Source: Macrostomum lignano | Lineage: Eukaryota | Reading direction: 5' to 3' | Assembly (NCBI GenBank): GCA_002269645.1 | Contig: NIVC01001087.1 | Location: 209,301 to 273,300 of the forward strand | Length of the DNA: 64,000 nucleotides | Shown here: positions 34,852-47,283 of the stretch, one piece after another | Position numbering within the stretch: the first letter of the stretch is position 1 | How the letters are laid out: each line of letters opens with the position of its first letter | Made by a program: the position numbers and the translations under genes | Notes under the pieces: model-generated | Database searches by the model: none | Told to the model about the DNA's origin: nothing | The model's input: the letters and a program-made list of their open reading frames with translations, nothing else

Positions 34852-37800
34852 TCAGGCAGCCGGGCAGTCGGCAGAGGCGCCCGCCCCGATCATCTCCAGC
34901 ACGGATCGCAGGGTGGGCAGCGCAGCGGTGACGCTCAGGCAGTCGGCACCGGCACCAACAGACTTGGCCAAAGCCACGGGTTTCAGCCACTGCCTGGTGA
35001 CCAGAGCGAAAGCATCCGGCGTGCCGGCCAGCACGGGTTCGAGTTCCAGCGACTTGCCCGGAGGCGGCCGGCCACCAACGCCGATGTTGCTGGCCAACAG
35101 GAGGCCAACGGCGACGGCGAAAGCGGCGGGGCCGCTGCGATGCGACAGCGGCATAGCGTTGGTCAGATAGTACAGCAGGGTGAGCACGCGGCTTACCGCC
35201 TGCTCGCTCACCTGCGGTGCCGGCGGGGGGTTAGTGGAGGGAATGAATGCATGCCTACCCAGCATCCTACAGCATGCCTACCCAGCATCCTACAGCATGC
35301 CTACCCAGCATCCTACAGCATACAGCCCAACATCCTACAGCACACAGCCCAGAATCCTACAGCAACATCCTAAAGCACACAGCCCAGAATCCTACAGCAA
35401 CATCCTAAAGCACACAGCCCAGAATCCTACAGCAACATCCTACAGCACACAGCCCAGAATCCTACAGCAACATCCTACAGCACACAGCCCAGAATCCTAC
35501 AGCAACATCCTACAGCACACAGCCCAGCATCCTACAGCATACAGCCCAACATCCTACAGCACACAGCCCAGCATCCTACAGCATACAGCCCAACATCCTA
35601 CAGCACACAGCCCAGCATCCTACAGCATACAGCCCAACATCCTACAGCACACAGCCCAGAATCCTACAGCAACATCCTACAGCACACAGCCCAGAATCCT
35701 ACAGCAACATCCTACAGCACACAGCCCAGAATCCTACAGCAACATCCTACAGCACACAGCCCAGAATCCTACAGCAACATCCTACAGCACACAGCCCAGA
35801 ATCCTACAGCAACATCCTACAGCACACAGCCCAGAATCCTACAGCAACATCCTAAAGCACACAGCCCAGAATCCTACAGCAACATCCTACAGCACACAGC
35901 CCAGAATCCTACAGCAACATCCTACAGCACACAGCCCAGAATCCTACAGCAACATCCTACAGCACACAGCCCAGCATCCTACAGCATACAGCCCAACATC
36001 CTACAGCACACAGCCCAGCATCCTACAGCATACAGCCCAACATCCTACAGCACACAGCCCAGAATCCTACAGCAACATCCTACAGCACACAGCCCAGAAT
36101 CCTACAGCAACATCCTACAGCACACAGCCCAGAATCCTACAGCAACATCCTACAGCACACAGCCCAGAATCCTACAGCAACATCCTACAGCACACAGCCC
36201 AGAATCCTACAGCAACATCCTACAGCACACAGCCCAGAATCCTACAGCAACATCCTACAGCACACAGCCCAGAATCCTACAGCAACATCCTACAGCACAC
36301 AGCCCAGAATCCTACAGCAACATCCTACAGCACACAGCCCAGAATCCTACAGCAACATCCTACAGCACACAGCCCAGAATCCTACAGCAACATCCTACAG
36401 CACACAGCCCAGAATCCTACAGCAACATCCTACAGCACACAGCCCAGAATCCTACAGCAACATCCTACAGCACACAGCCCAGAATCCTACAGCAACATCC
36501 TACAGCACACAGCCCAGAATCGCACCTGATCAGGCCCTGGATTAGCCAGCCTGCCAGCTCGCATATCCCCTAGCAACTCGCTGAGCAGGTGATCCAATTC
36601 GTCCCTATACGAACGCAGCCGCAACGTTCTCAGCCGAATTCGAACGCCAAGAGAACACGAGCCGCCAACTTTGGCGTCCTCTGTCAGGTAGATGTAGGCG
36701 CCCTCGTGCCGCATTTGGTCGCGATATTTGGTGCTGGGCACCTGGGTGCCAACCACCAGGCCTCTGTCCTCGTCTCGATAGGTCCTGCGGCGCTTGGCGA
36801 TGGCCAGGACCTGCGAGTAGGTGGCGGGGGTTTTATAAAAGTCTACCAAAAAACCTACTTAAGAGTCTACCGAATAGCCTACTTTAGAGTCTACCGAATA
36901 GCCTACTTTAGAGTCTACCGAATAGCCTACTTTAGAGTCTACCGAATAGCCTACTTAAGAGTCTACCGAATAGCCTACTTTAGAGTCTACTGAATAGCCT
37001 ACTTTAGAGTCCACCGAATAGCCTAATTCAGAATAGCCAATCAGAGTTATTACCAAATAACCTATCAGACTCTACCAAAGAAGCTACCAGTTTACTAAAT
37101 AACTTACCACAGACAGACTCTACCAAAGATGCTACTAATCTACCAAATAACCTACCAGAGTCTACCAAATAGCCTACCAGAGTCTACCAAAAAGCCTATT
37201 AGTCTATCAGATAGCCTACCAGACTCTACTAAATAGCCTACCAGAGTCTACCAAACAGCCTACCAATCTATCAGATAGCCTATCAGAGTCTATCAAATAG
37301 CCTACCAGAGACAAGCGGACAACTCACCTGCCCCAGAGTTTGAGCAGTATCAAACTCGCGCTTCTCATCTTGACTACCAGCAGACCCCGGCCCCCTGCTG
37401 TGCTCAGTCATAGTCTTGGCCAACTGAAACACCAAATTAAAGTAGGCTTGCAGCGGCGGATTAGGCACGCCCCTGTGTACAATAGCGTGGTTAAACTGCA
37501 GATCCGGTGCATTGCTATTGGCTGTTGGCGATGGCTCAGATTTTGGCAGCAACGTGTGAACCAACTGTACAGGCTTGGTCAGGTCAGCCAGTTGAATGTA
37601 CTTTGCGGCCAAGTCAATTAAGGACAGCCAGCCAATATTATTGTGATTATAGCGATCGTGAGTTGCATTATACACCAGCTGACCGATATGTACAGCTGCC
37701 AGGCCAAGCGCAAACGTCACCCTCTCATTATTGACAGCTCCGTCTGTGTCTGTGCGAAATGACTGGCCAACTCGTTTAGCTAAGCAGATCAATTCTTGTT

Positions 37801-40800
37801 GGCGAAAGTTATAAGCGGTTAAGTCTGGCACTGTGACATCTCTGTGGGAAATTTCCATAATTAGCAATGTACTTTAGTATCGGTTTCTTCACTATGGAAA
37901 CTTCCATAGACATTAGCAATGTACTTTAGTATCGCTTTCTGAACTGTGGAAACTTCCATAGACATTAGCAATGTACTTTAGTATCGGTTTCTTTACTATG
38001 GAAAATTCCATAGACATTAGCAATGTACTTTAGTACGCTCGTATCGCTTTCTGAACTGTGGAAATTTCCATAGACATTAGCAATGTACTTTAGTATCGGT
38101 TTCTTCACTATGGAAACTTCCATAGACATTAGCAATGTACTTTAGTATCGCTTTCTGAACTGTGGAAACTTCCATAGACATTAGCAATGTATTTTGGTAT
38201 CGGTTTCTTTACTATGGAAACTTCCATAGACATTAGCAATGTACTTTAGTATCAGTTTCTTTACTATGGAAACTTCCATAGACATTAGCAATGTACTTTA
38301 GTATCGCTTTCTGAACTGTGGAAATTTCCATAGACATTCTATTTTACGTTTCTCAATCTTAACAAACAATAAAAAATCAATAAATAAAAACTCACTCTTG
38401 ACTTGGCTGCAGGCCAGACTCTTCTCGATAGACTTTCTAAAAATATTATTCAAAAAGAAATTAAAATTTCTGAGAGCTCTGCAGACAGACTTGAACTGTT
38501 GAATTGAAGTTTTGTACACAGAAAAGATCCTAGGTTCGAATCCCAGAGATATGTAATGAATGAGCTCACCGATTCAAGCAGCGACTTTCCAAGAATCCAT
38601 CTGACCCGAAAATCTTTCTGCAAGTCGGTAGTGAAGTTCAACAATCCCCAGTTGGTGTCCAACCGGCCGCGAAGAAACCTGCCCCATTCGCGCAGGTAGT
38701 GACTGCGCAAGAACTCTGGCGAGGCTGCGGTGGCGGCCAGCGAGCCCTGCACCATGATCGCCGTCGAGGCGCGGATGCTTTCGTAGAATTGGCCCAGATT
38801 GGCGAGGGCGGCGGCGCGCCGGAACAGACAGACGGGGCAGGTGGGGTGAAGCGCCAGGCAGCGATCTGTGTAGTTCAGCGTCTGGCGGCACCGACCCGCC
38901 GAGTAGTGCGACATGGCCGCGAGCTTGCTGGCAGCGTAGGTCTGCGAGGTTGTTGGAGACAGTGAGCACACACAGAGAACTTTAATCCCCCATAGAGAAC
39001 GACAATCCCCCATTGAGAACCTTAATCCCCATTGAGAACCTTAATCCCCCATAGAGAACCTTAATCCCCCATAGAGAACCTTAATCCCCCATAGAGAACC
39101 TTAATCCCCATTGAGAACCTTAATCCCCCATAGAGAACCTTAATCCCTTACATAGAGCCTTAATCCCCCACAGATAACCTTAATCCTCACAGAGAACCTT
39201 AATCCCCATAGAAAACGATAATTCTGCACAGAGAAGCTCAATCCCGTCAAAGAGAATCTTAAAGAGTCAAAGACAGCATGGCCACACCTGATCAGGCCGC
39301 ACCCCGCCAGCACTGTCAGCAGGCGATAGCAGCGGCGTCAGCAGCTGTACAACCCGCTGACCGGCGCCCAGCACCCGATGGCAGTCGGCCATGCGCAGTC
39401 GAGCGTCCACCAGGTCGGGCGCCTCCTCCAGCGCCTCTTTGTAGGTCTCGGCAGCGTTGCGCAGGCGGCCCAATCGGGTGTAGGCCGCGCCCAGCACCAG
39501 CAGCAGGTGAGGGTCGCGGCCGTGCAGACGGACCGCCGATTTTGCGTCCTGGGCGGATGGAGACCGTCCGATTGTTGCTACCGGCTTCATCACTAAACCT
39601 GCACAGCCATCTTTTCCTTTTTTACCTATGCATCTCCTAGGTACAGAATATCTAACCCTAACTTATCAGTTTCAACCTTTCCCATCTCATCCTCTCACCC
39701 TCTCCTTCCCCCAATCTCTCTCACTCTCTCCTTCCCCCACTCTCTCTCACTCTCTCCTTCTCCCACTCTCACTCTCTCCTTCCCCCACTCTCACTCTCTC
39801 CTTCCCCCACTCTCACCCTCTCCTTCCCCCACTCTCACCCTCTCCTTCCCCCACTCTCACTCTCTCCTTCCCCCACTCTCACCCTCTCCTTCCCCCACTC
39901 TCACCCTCTCCTTCCCCCCACTCTCACTCTCTCCTTCCCCCACTCTCTCCTTCCCCCACTCTCTCTCACCCTCTCCTTCCCCACTCTCACCCTCTCCTTC
40001 CCCCACTCTCACTCTCTCCTTCCCCACTCTCTCTCACCCTCTCCTTCCCCCACTCTCACCCTCTCCTTCCTCCACTCTCACCCTCTCCTTCCCCCACTCT
40101 CTCTCACCCTCTCCTTCCCCACTCTCACCCTCTCCTTCCCCCACTCTCACACTCTGCTTCCCCCACTCTCTCCTTCCCCCACTCTCACACTCTCCTTCCC
40201 CCACTCTCTCTCACCCTCTCCTTCCCCCACTCTCTCTCACCCTCTCCTTCCCCCCACTCTCACTCTCTCCTTCCCCCACTCTCTCTCACCCTCTCCTTCC
40301 CCCACTCTCACCCTCTCCTTCCCCCACTCTCACCCTCTCCTTCCCCACTCTCTCTCACCCTCTCCTTCCCCACTCTCACCCTCTCCTTCCCCCACTCTCA
40401 CACTCTGCTTCCCCCACTCTCTCCTTCCCCCACTCTCACACTCTCCTTCCCCCACTCTCTCTCACCCTCTCCTTCCCCCACTCTCTCTCACCCTCTCCTT
40501 CCCCCACTCTCTCTCACTCTCTTCTTCCCCCACTCTCACCCTCTTCTTCCCTCTCTTTCTAAACATCTCCTTCCCTCTCTCCTTCCAAAGGTGCAAGCAT
40601 AAATGAAATACCTGAAAAGCTGCCTCGCTTTCGCCCAGAGCAAAATTAACGAGACACCGCTGCAGAACCAGTTGCCAGGCGGTCCGGTTCATATTAATAG
40701 CGTTGCTCATATCGTTGAATGCTTGAGCATAGTTGCCAATTAAAAATTGAATCTGAGCTCGCTTCACGTATAGGTCGGCATTTTTGCTTTGAAGTCTGAG

Positions 40801-42605
40801 CGCCTCTGTTAGAAGATTAACGGCCTGATTGCCGAATGCCTGCAGGGTATATGTGAAATAATGGTTATATAGCTATGTCTAAACTATATCTCACCTAGTC
40901 TTAACATCTCACCCTACTTTCAAACTCTAACTTAAACTTCAATCCTACCCTAAATCGCTCCCTACCTTAAGTCTAAGTCTGCACTTTCAAAAATAATATA
41001 ATATAATATTAATATAAGGTTTTCTGCGCTAATTACGAGCGTATATCCAAGTACATGTCTATTTAACCAACAGGTTTAGACGGTATAAAAAATCTCATAC
41101 ACCCTACTTAATAGCAATAATGCGAGACTAATATAGCAATTTTGCGAGAAAGTAAAAATAGTCCAGAAAAAATTCTCAGAAAGACAGATATAGTCAGTAA
41201 AGTGAGTGAGTTTACTAAACCTAAAGAACGCATTTAGTCTAATATAAAATACTTCTACATCAGAATTAGACATCCAAGAAACCAAAATTCGCGAATTCCA
41301 TAACTACTAACACAGCATATAAATTAAAAACAGAGAGGTGGCAGCTCACTGACCCTAGTACCATCCGCTTGGCGTGTCTGTATAAATTCAAGGAAAACAT
41401 GTCACTCTGGATTCTATGTCACATTGAAATCAAGTGTCCCAAGCCTACTGACATCTCTAATAACAGTGTAGTGAATGGAGTGACAATGGAGATAAATAGA
41501 GTGTAATGTAGAGAAATAGAGTGACAATGTCGAGAAATGGAGTGACAATAGAGTGACAATGGAAAGAAATGAAGTGACAATGGAGAGACAATGGAGTGAC
41601 AATAGAGAGAAATGGAGTGACAATAGAGTGACAATGGAGTGACAATGGGGATAAATGGACTAACAATAGAGTGAAGTGGAGTGACAATAGAGTGAAATGG
41701 AGTGACAATGGAGAGAAAATGGAGTGACAATAGAGAGAAATGGAGTGACAGTAGAGAGAAATGGAGTGACAATAGAGTGAAATGGAGTGACAATAGAGTG
41801 AAATGGAGTGACACTAGAGTGAAATGGAGTGACACTAGAGTGAAATGGAGTGACAATAGAGTGAAATGGAGTGACAATAGAGTGAAATGGAGTGACAATA
41901 CAGTAAAATGGAGTGACAAGAGTGAAATGGAGTGACAAGAGTGAAATGGAGTGACAATAGTGAAATGGAGTGACAATAGAGTGAAATGGAGTGACAATGG
42001 AGAGACAATGGAGTGACAATAGAGAGAAATGGAGTGACAATAGAGTGGAATGGAGTGACAAAAACTGAAAACATTAAACATGTTAGTTAAAGAAGAAGTT
42101 ATTAAACAGAAACAAATAAGCTTACTTGATAATCTTTCCTAAACTGCGCGATTGCCAATGCAGTCAGGGCCTCCGGCTGGTTGGGAAATTCCTTGCAAAA
42201 TATAAATGAAATATATCATAATAAATGCTTCTGGGAAAAACTTCAAACCAGGACACGAAAAGTCCAGCTTGTACATGGCACGCACCTTCAGAAATCGTTC
42301 AAAGTGCTCGATGGCTTTGTCCAAGTATCCAGTGTTCATGAGAACCAGACCGAAGGCTACAGTCAGTTATAGTTTAACATTGGCTAATAACTTTTAATTC
42401 AAACATAAACATTATTAGACAAACTCCTGGCACACTTACCGAATCGTTTTAACAAAGACTCCGAACCAAAGTCGAACGTGAGAAACTTTGACGCCACAAT
42501 ATTTCGGGCGTAACTCTGCAATGCGAAATTTTTGGATTTGTACGAGAGATTGCGTCATATTTTTTCATTCTTGACTGCCCGTCTACCTGTTTTTCTCAGT
42601 GTCTC

Positions 42606-42668
<63 letters not shown>

Positions 42669-42717
42669 GTCTATCTGTCTGTCTGTCTGTCTGGCTGTCT
42701 GTCTGTCTGTCTGTCTA

Positions 42718-42752
<35 letters not shown>

Positions 42753-42779
42753 GTCTATCTGTCTGTCTGTCTGTCTGGC

Positions 42780-42812
<33 letters not shown>

Positions 42813-42852
42813 GCCTGTCTGTCTCTCTGTCTCTCTGTCTCTCTGTCTGTCC

Positions 42853-42894
<42 letters not shown>

Positions 42895-42913
42895 TTGTCT
42901 GCCTGTCTGTCTC

Positions 42914-42952
<39 letters not shown>

Positions 42953-42979
42953 GCCTGTCTGTCTTAGTGTCTGTCTTAG

Positions 42980-43050
<71 letters not shown>

Positions 43051-43103
43051 TTGTCTGTCTGTCTGTCTGTCTCTTTGTCTGTCTGTCTGTCTGTCTCTTT
43101 GCC

Positions 43104-43146
<43 letters not shown>

Positions 43147-43371
43147 GTCTGTCTGTCTGTCTGTCCATGCTTGGGCGCAACCTTGGGATTCACCCGGCCG
43201 TTTCTATTGGCAACACACGCATGTAAGTCGCTATTGGCTGAGAGCAGTCACGTGACTACTGTTCTGTCCAATAGCGACTTACATGCGTGTGTTGCCAATA
43301 GAAACGGCCGGGTGAATCCCAAAGTTGCGCATGTATGTGTCTGTCTGTCTGTCTGTTTCTTTGCCTGTCTA

Positions 43372-43418
<47 letters not shown>

Positions 43419-43469
43419 GCCTGCCTGTCCGTCTCTCTGCCTGTCTGTCTGTCTGTCTGTCTCTGTCTA

Positions 43470-43504
<35 letters not shown>

Positions 43505-45673
43505 GCCTGCCTGTCCGTCTCTCTGCCTGTCTGTCTATCTATCTGTCTGTCTCAATTCCTCTATTTTTACTCAGGTCTGTAATTTCGAGTCACTGAATCA
43601 GCGATGCTAATCTCTTAGCCGCAAAAGCACACCAATTGCCAAGCACTGCTCACGTGGAACTGAGTCTTGTTAAACGGTTCAGAGCCAGAGCAAACCGAAC
43701 ACGCCCCAAATGGACAGGAGTCTGCAAAATAACAGAGATGCCAATCAATTGACAACTGTTTATTTATAGCCAATAGTTGTTTTACTTCCTGAGTAAGTAG
43801 TTAGGTTTTGCTTCATATTGCTTAATAGTAAGAAAGTACCCTATGCTATGGATTGTTGGTCATTTCAATACAGATTGCTTCATTATAAAAACTTGCCAAA
43901 CGAACTGTAGCAGGCGGGGAGCACATCCAAGTCGCTAGAATTCTCATTGAATGCTGGCTAAAAATATAGAGGAAGTTGATCATATATGATTATTTAATAC
44001 AAGAATCTGTACAGAGTTACAAGGTAAATGGCATAGGTTGGCCCTCAAAGCAGTTAATTTCATGAACAGACTCAAGTCGATATTTCAATTTACCCCAAAT
44101 TTACCCCAATTTACCCCAAACCCCAAATTAATGTGACTGCACTTGGAATCGAGCCTGGGCTGCTGACACATCAGAGCATAGCACTAGATCACTAGCCTAA
44201 GCCTTCAAACTAGACCTATTCAAAGATCACAAACTTTTTATGCTTAGAGAGCTTTTGAATCTATGGTTAAGCTCTATCTTGCATTATACTATAGTAATGA
44301 GTGTTTTTTGTTTAAGTTTTAATATTCAATATTTTTACTAAGATATGTCCATTTAATCCAATTATTATAAACCTATATAATGGTTTATGCAATTTGAATT
44401 CTAATATCTAGACTTAACATTTCTATCATTAATTAAAAACAAAAAAACTGAAAGCATAATGTCAAATTTTAGGCAATGCTTATTTAGCTGGCACCATTCA
44501 AATAAGCTTGCTACTATTATGCTGGCAGTTTTCTTATAATTACAAGCTTGTCACTAAGCTTAAATTAGGAGCAAAGCTTATTTGATTGGTACTAGCTAAA
44601 TAAGTACTACCAACATTTTATTTAATATCTTGACTAAACTTAAACATTAATTATATTATTAAATTAGTTATTTCTTAATTAATTTATACTAAACTTATAA
44701 CATTTATAAATTAAAAAAAGTTTTTTATGTTAGTACGTTTATATATCTAATTCATTTATTAGCATTATTGCAACCTACATGTAAGTACAAATATATTAGA
44801 CATATATAAAAGTATACCAAGCTAGGGCCTATTATATTGTCTAAATATACATTATAATTAGGTATTACTAGGGGCCTATCCTAGACTCTAGATAGTATAT
44901 ATGTAAGCCAGAATTTTCTAGCCCAATCAATATATATAATTAGCATACAAAATGACCAAGTTCAACTTTAGCATAGTCTCTATCTCTATCTACATAGTTA
45001 GAAAAACAACAGATTCATAAAGAAGAATAGCTCCCTTCTAAAATTAAAGGAAAAATAAAATTAGGAAATCATGTTTAATTTCTCTGAGTCTAAGAAAAAG
45101 AAAACAAAAAATTAAATAAAATAAACTGTTTTTAGTTTAAGAAAAGTAATAAGTTTTTTTAATCCTTTTTGCAAAGATCTAGCAATAAAATACTGATTTT
45201 AAACTTTTATGATGAGTAAATTGCTAAATAGGGCTTAGGCTATACAATTATAATACAAAAAGTTATAAATAAAAAAAAGTCAAACTTACATGCATTGAGA
45301 AAAACTGGTATAATTCAAAGAAATTTTGAAATGCACTTAGAACCTTGAGTTTTGTGGTGTCTTTTAAATCTTTTGAAAGTGTTATACCAATAGTTGTTTT
45401 TACATCAAATAATCCACCATGACCATTTGCAATATCATGAATATGAAGTCCAATAAGACTTAAAGGGCTTAATGAGGAGTTTGATGCTTGACTTTTGTCA
45501 AATGTAGTTGAGCTCGCAGTATACTTGAGTGCAAGCTTTAAATAGCTCGAAAGAATTAAATGACTTTCAGATGTGCTATGGTTAGGGGTAGGTCTAACTG
45601 ATGTCAATAAGCTGGAATATATGATGATAGAAAAAAGAACTGTCACGAACGTTATTTTCGAAATGACACACAT
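34852..45673 (-). CDS. TTC13: Tetratricopeptide repeat protein 13, 13 exons, ~928 aa
   Basis: Exons 45673-45290, 43957-43897, 43721-43654, 42515-42440, 42356-42286, 42191-42126, 40839-40612, 39548-39288, 38941-38570, 38436-38396, 37841-37328, 36810-36526, 35211-34852 are phase-consistent (2787 nt). Motifs [20 protein letters not shown]...[56 protein letters not shown] match TTC13. The first three exons are less certain. Confidence 0.9.
35255..36520. repeat. 35-bp minisatellite (cctacagcacacagcccagaatcctacagcaacat), ~36 units, last TTC13 intron
   Basis: Tandem units run to within ~5 bp of the donor. Confidence 0.97.
36835..37310. repeat. ~23-bp minisatellite (agagtctaccgaatagcctacttt), decaying, TTC13 intron
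   Basis: Tandem units visible. Confidence 0.88.
37850..38335. repeat. ~51-bp minisatellite with two alternating variants (ggaaacttccatagacattagcaatgtactttagtatcg...), TTC13 intron
   Basis: About 9 units. Confidence 0.92.
38975..39260. repeat. ~20-bp minisatellite (gagaaccttaatccccca), TTC13 intron
   Basis: Tandem units visible. Confidence 0.92.
39680..40560. repeat. Pyrimidine-rich ~21-25 bp minisatellite (ctctccttcccccactctcac), TTC13 intron
   Basis: Tandem units visible. Confidence 0.95.
41465..42060. repeat. ~21-bp minisatellite (aatagagtgaaatggagtgac), TTC13 intron
   Basis: Tandem units; reverse complement shares the gtcactc core with 34240-34830. Confidence 0.93.
42600..43550. repeat. 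(TCTG)n microsatellite interrupted by a fold-back element, TTC13 intron
   Basis: Direct reading. Confidence 0.97.
43175..43330. mobile_element. 156-bp fold-back (MITE-like) element with 63-bp inverted arms
   Basis: 43175-43237 is the reverse complement of 43268-43330 with one mismatch; 30-bp spacer contains AGTCACGTGACT. Confidence 0.8.
44085..44203 (-). mobile_element. Truncated tRNA-derived SINE (family 2), TTC13 intron 1
   Basis: Minus strand ggcttaggctagtgatctagtg...cccaggctcgattccaag...gtcacattaattt is colinear with 59998-60090; ends in (ggggtaaatt)n. Confidence 0.65.
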
Positions 45674-47283
45674 TTCTTCAGTGTCAGTCAGTCAGAAGCT
45701 TATCTTTTTATGTTAGAAAAAGTAAATTATTACAATTTAGAAAGTACGTTTATTACTATTATTATTTATTCAGCCTAGCTTGAAATGGTTTCAATTCCAT
45801 ATTGACTGTGCTTAAAATAATTAAAATGTATTTTTATGCTACATGCATAAAGAATAGTAATGTGAATTATTAACTGGATAAAACAAATGAAGTATTTCGC
45901 AAGTATTCGGATGTAAAGGTTATATTCAATTCAATTCAATTCCGGTAACAAGTCGAGTTCTGTCTGTCCACCATTGTTCGGCTTTTCAGTTAGGCCTATA
46001 GTAGTAATAGTAGTAGTAGTTCCTCGAAAATTTACAAATTAATTTTTTGACTAACTACAACAAAACAACTCGTAAATTGCTTTGCTTCTTCTGTCTAGCT
46101 AAAAATTCTTACTTTTATAAATTTTAAGAAATTTTATGTGTTTACTTTCACAGGTGTAAAAGACTCACAACGCAAAATAAAAGTTACGCTTCTGAGTGCT
46201 TTAGGATCTCTTGGTAGCGACAGTTCTTTAACATCTATATGGACCGAACACTAGCAATTCCAGCCGCCCGAGTTTAGTTAGATACTAAATATTTATATCT
46301 TCGCCTCGTAGCTATAGATGGGCACACAGATGGGCACTAATAACGCAAATAGTGAACTATCCTCCAAGCTATTTCTCAGCATAAGGTTAAGTGCTGAACT
46401 GAACCTTGTAGTTTCATTTTTTAATTGTACCTGATGTGTTAAAATGCTACTTAGAGGCATTTTGCGCAACGCACAATCCCAGTACTTTAGAAATTAATCA
46501 GACCATTATCAAGTATTTCGGTAGAATACTTAGTAGAATACTTTATTTTCGGTAAAATAAAGTAGTCAAAAACTTAATAAATTTGTACTTCGTGCAAAGC
46601 GAAATACTGTAAGTTTGCAAATAAAATGAAATTATATACAATATTGAAAATTGGATTGTATATATTTAGTTAAAGAAAATAAACACTGCGACAGTTTTTA
46701 CGCTTGCCAAGAATTTACGGAACAAAGCAGTGACATTGTGAATAATGGCAAAAACAACTTTTAAGCAACAAAAGTTCCACACCTTAACAACAGAAATAGC
46801 TCTACTTACAGTAGCATAAGCAAAAAATCGCCCAAAAAACCTTTAATAAATATTTAGTGCTAGTCTCAATGTATTATATATAAAGACAACCGTATAAATA
46901 ATTTCTGTTCACCCGAGTTTTAATAAGCATATAAGATGTCAGTTAAAACTACATATAAATATTTATACATGGCATTTCTAGCTTATAGTGAAAGAAAAAA
47001 CAGAAATTATCACAATAGCAAAGTTTGTATCCTTCTAAACAAGAAGACAAAATGAACACTATCTATAGTATTTGTAGAGATTTGTAGACCTATTGCATAC
47101 TTGGCACACGGATGAAAAGTTAAGAACTTACAGTTAGTCAATAATAGACTACACGTTTTAAGCAGTCACCTGTGGTTTGGATTTATTTTGGGTGGTTTCA
47201 GGTTTGTCAATATTGAAGTCAACAACTCGAGGAAAAATTCTAATTGGTTCATAATTGTATAATTCTAAGACTAGACGAGGCCC

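Noticed and set aside
35180-36529. 449-aa + strand ORF
   Set aside because: 35-bp array antisense within the last TTC13 intron; all three frames of one unit cycle through it.
39628-43610. ORFs of 324, 220 and 354 aa and neighbours
   Set aside because: Products of CT-rich, GTCACTC and (TCTG)n repeats in TTC13 introns.
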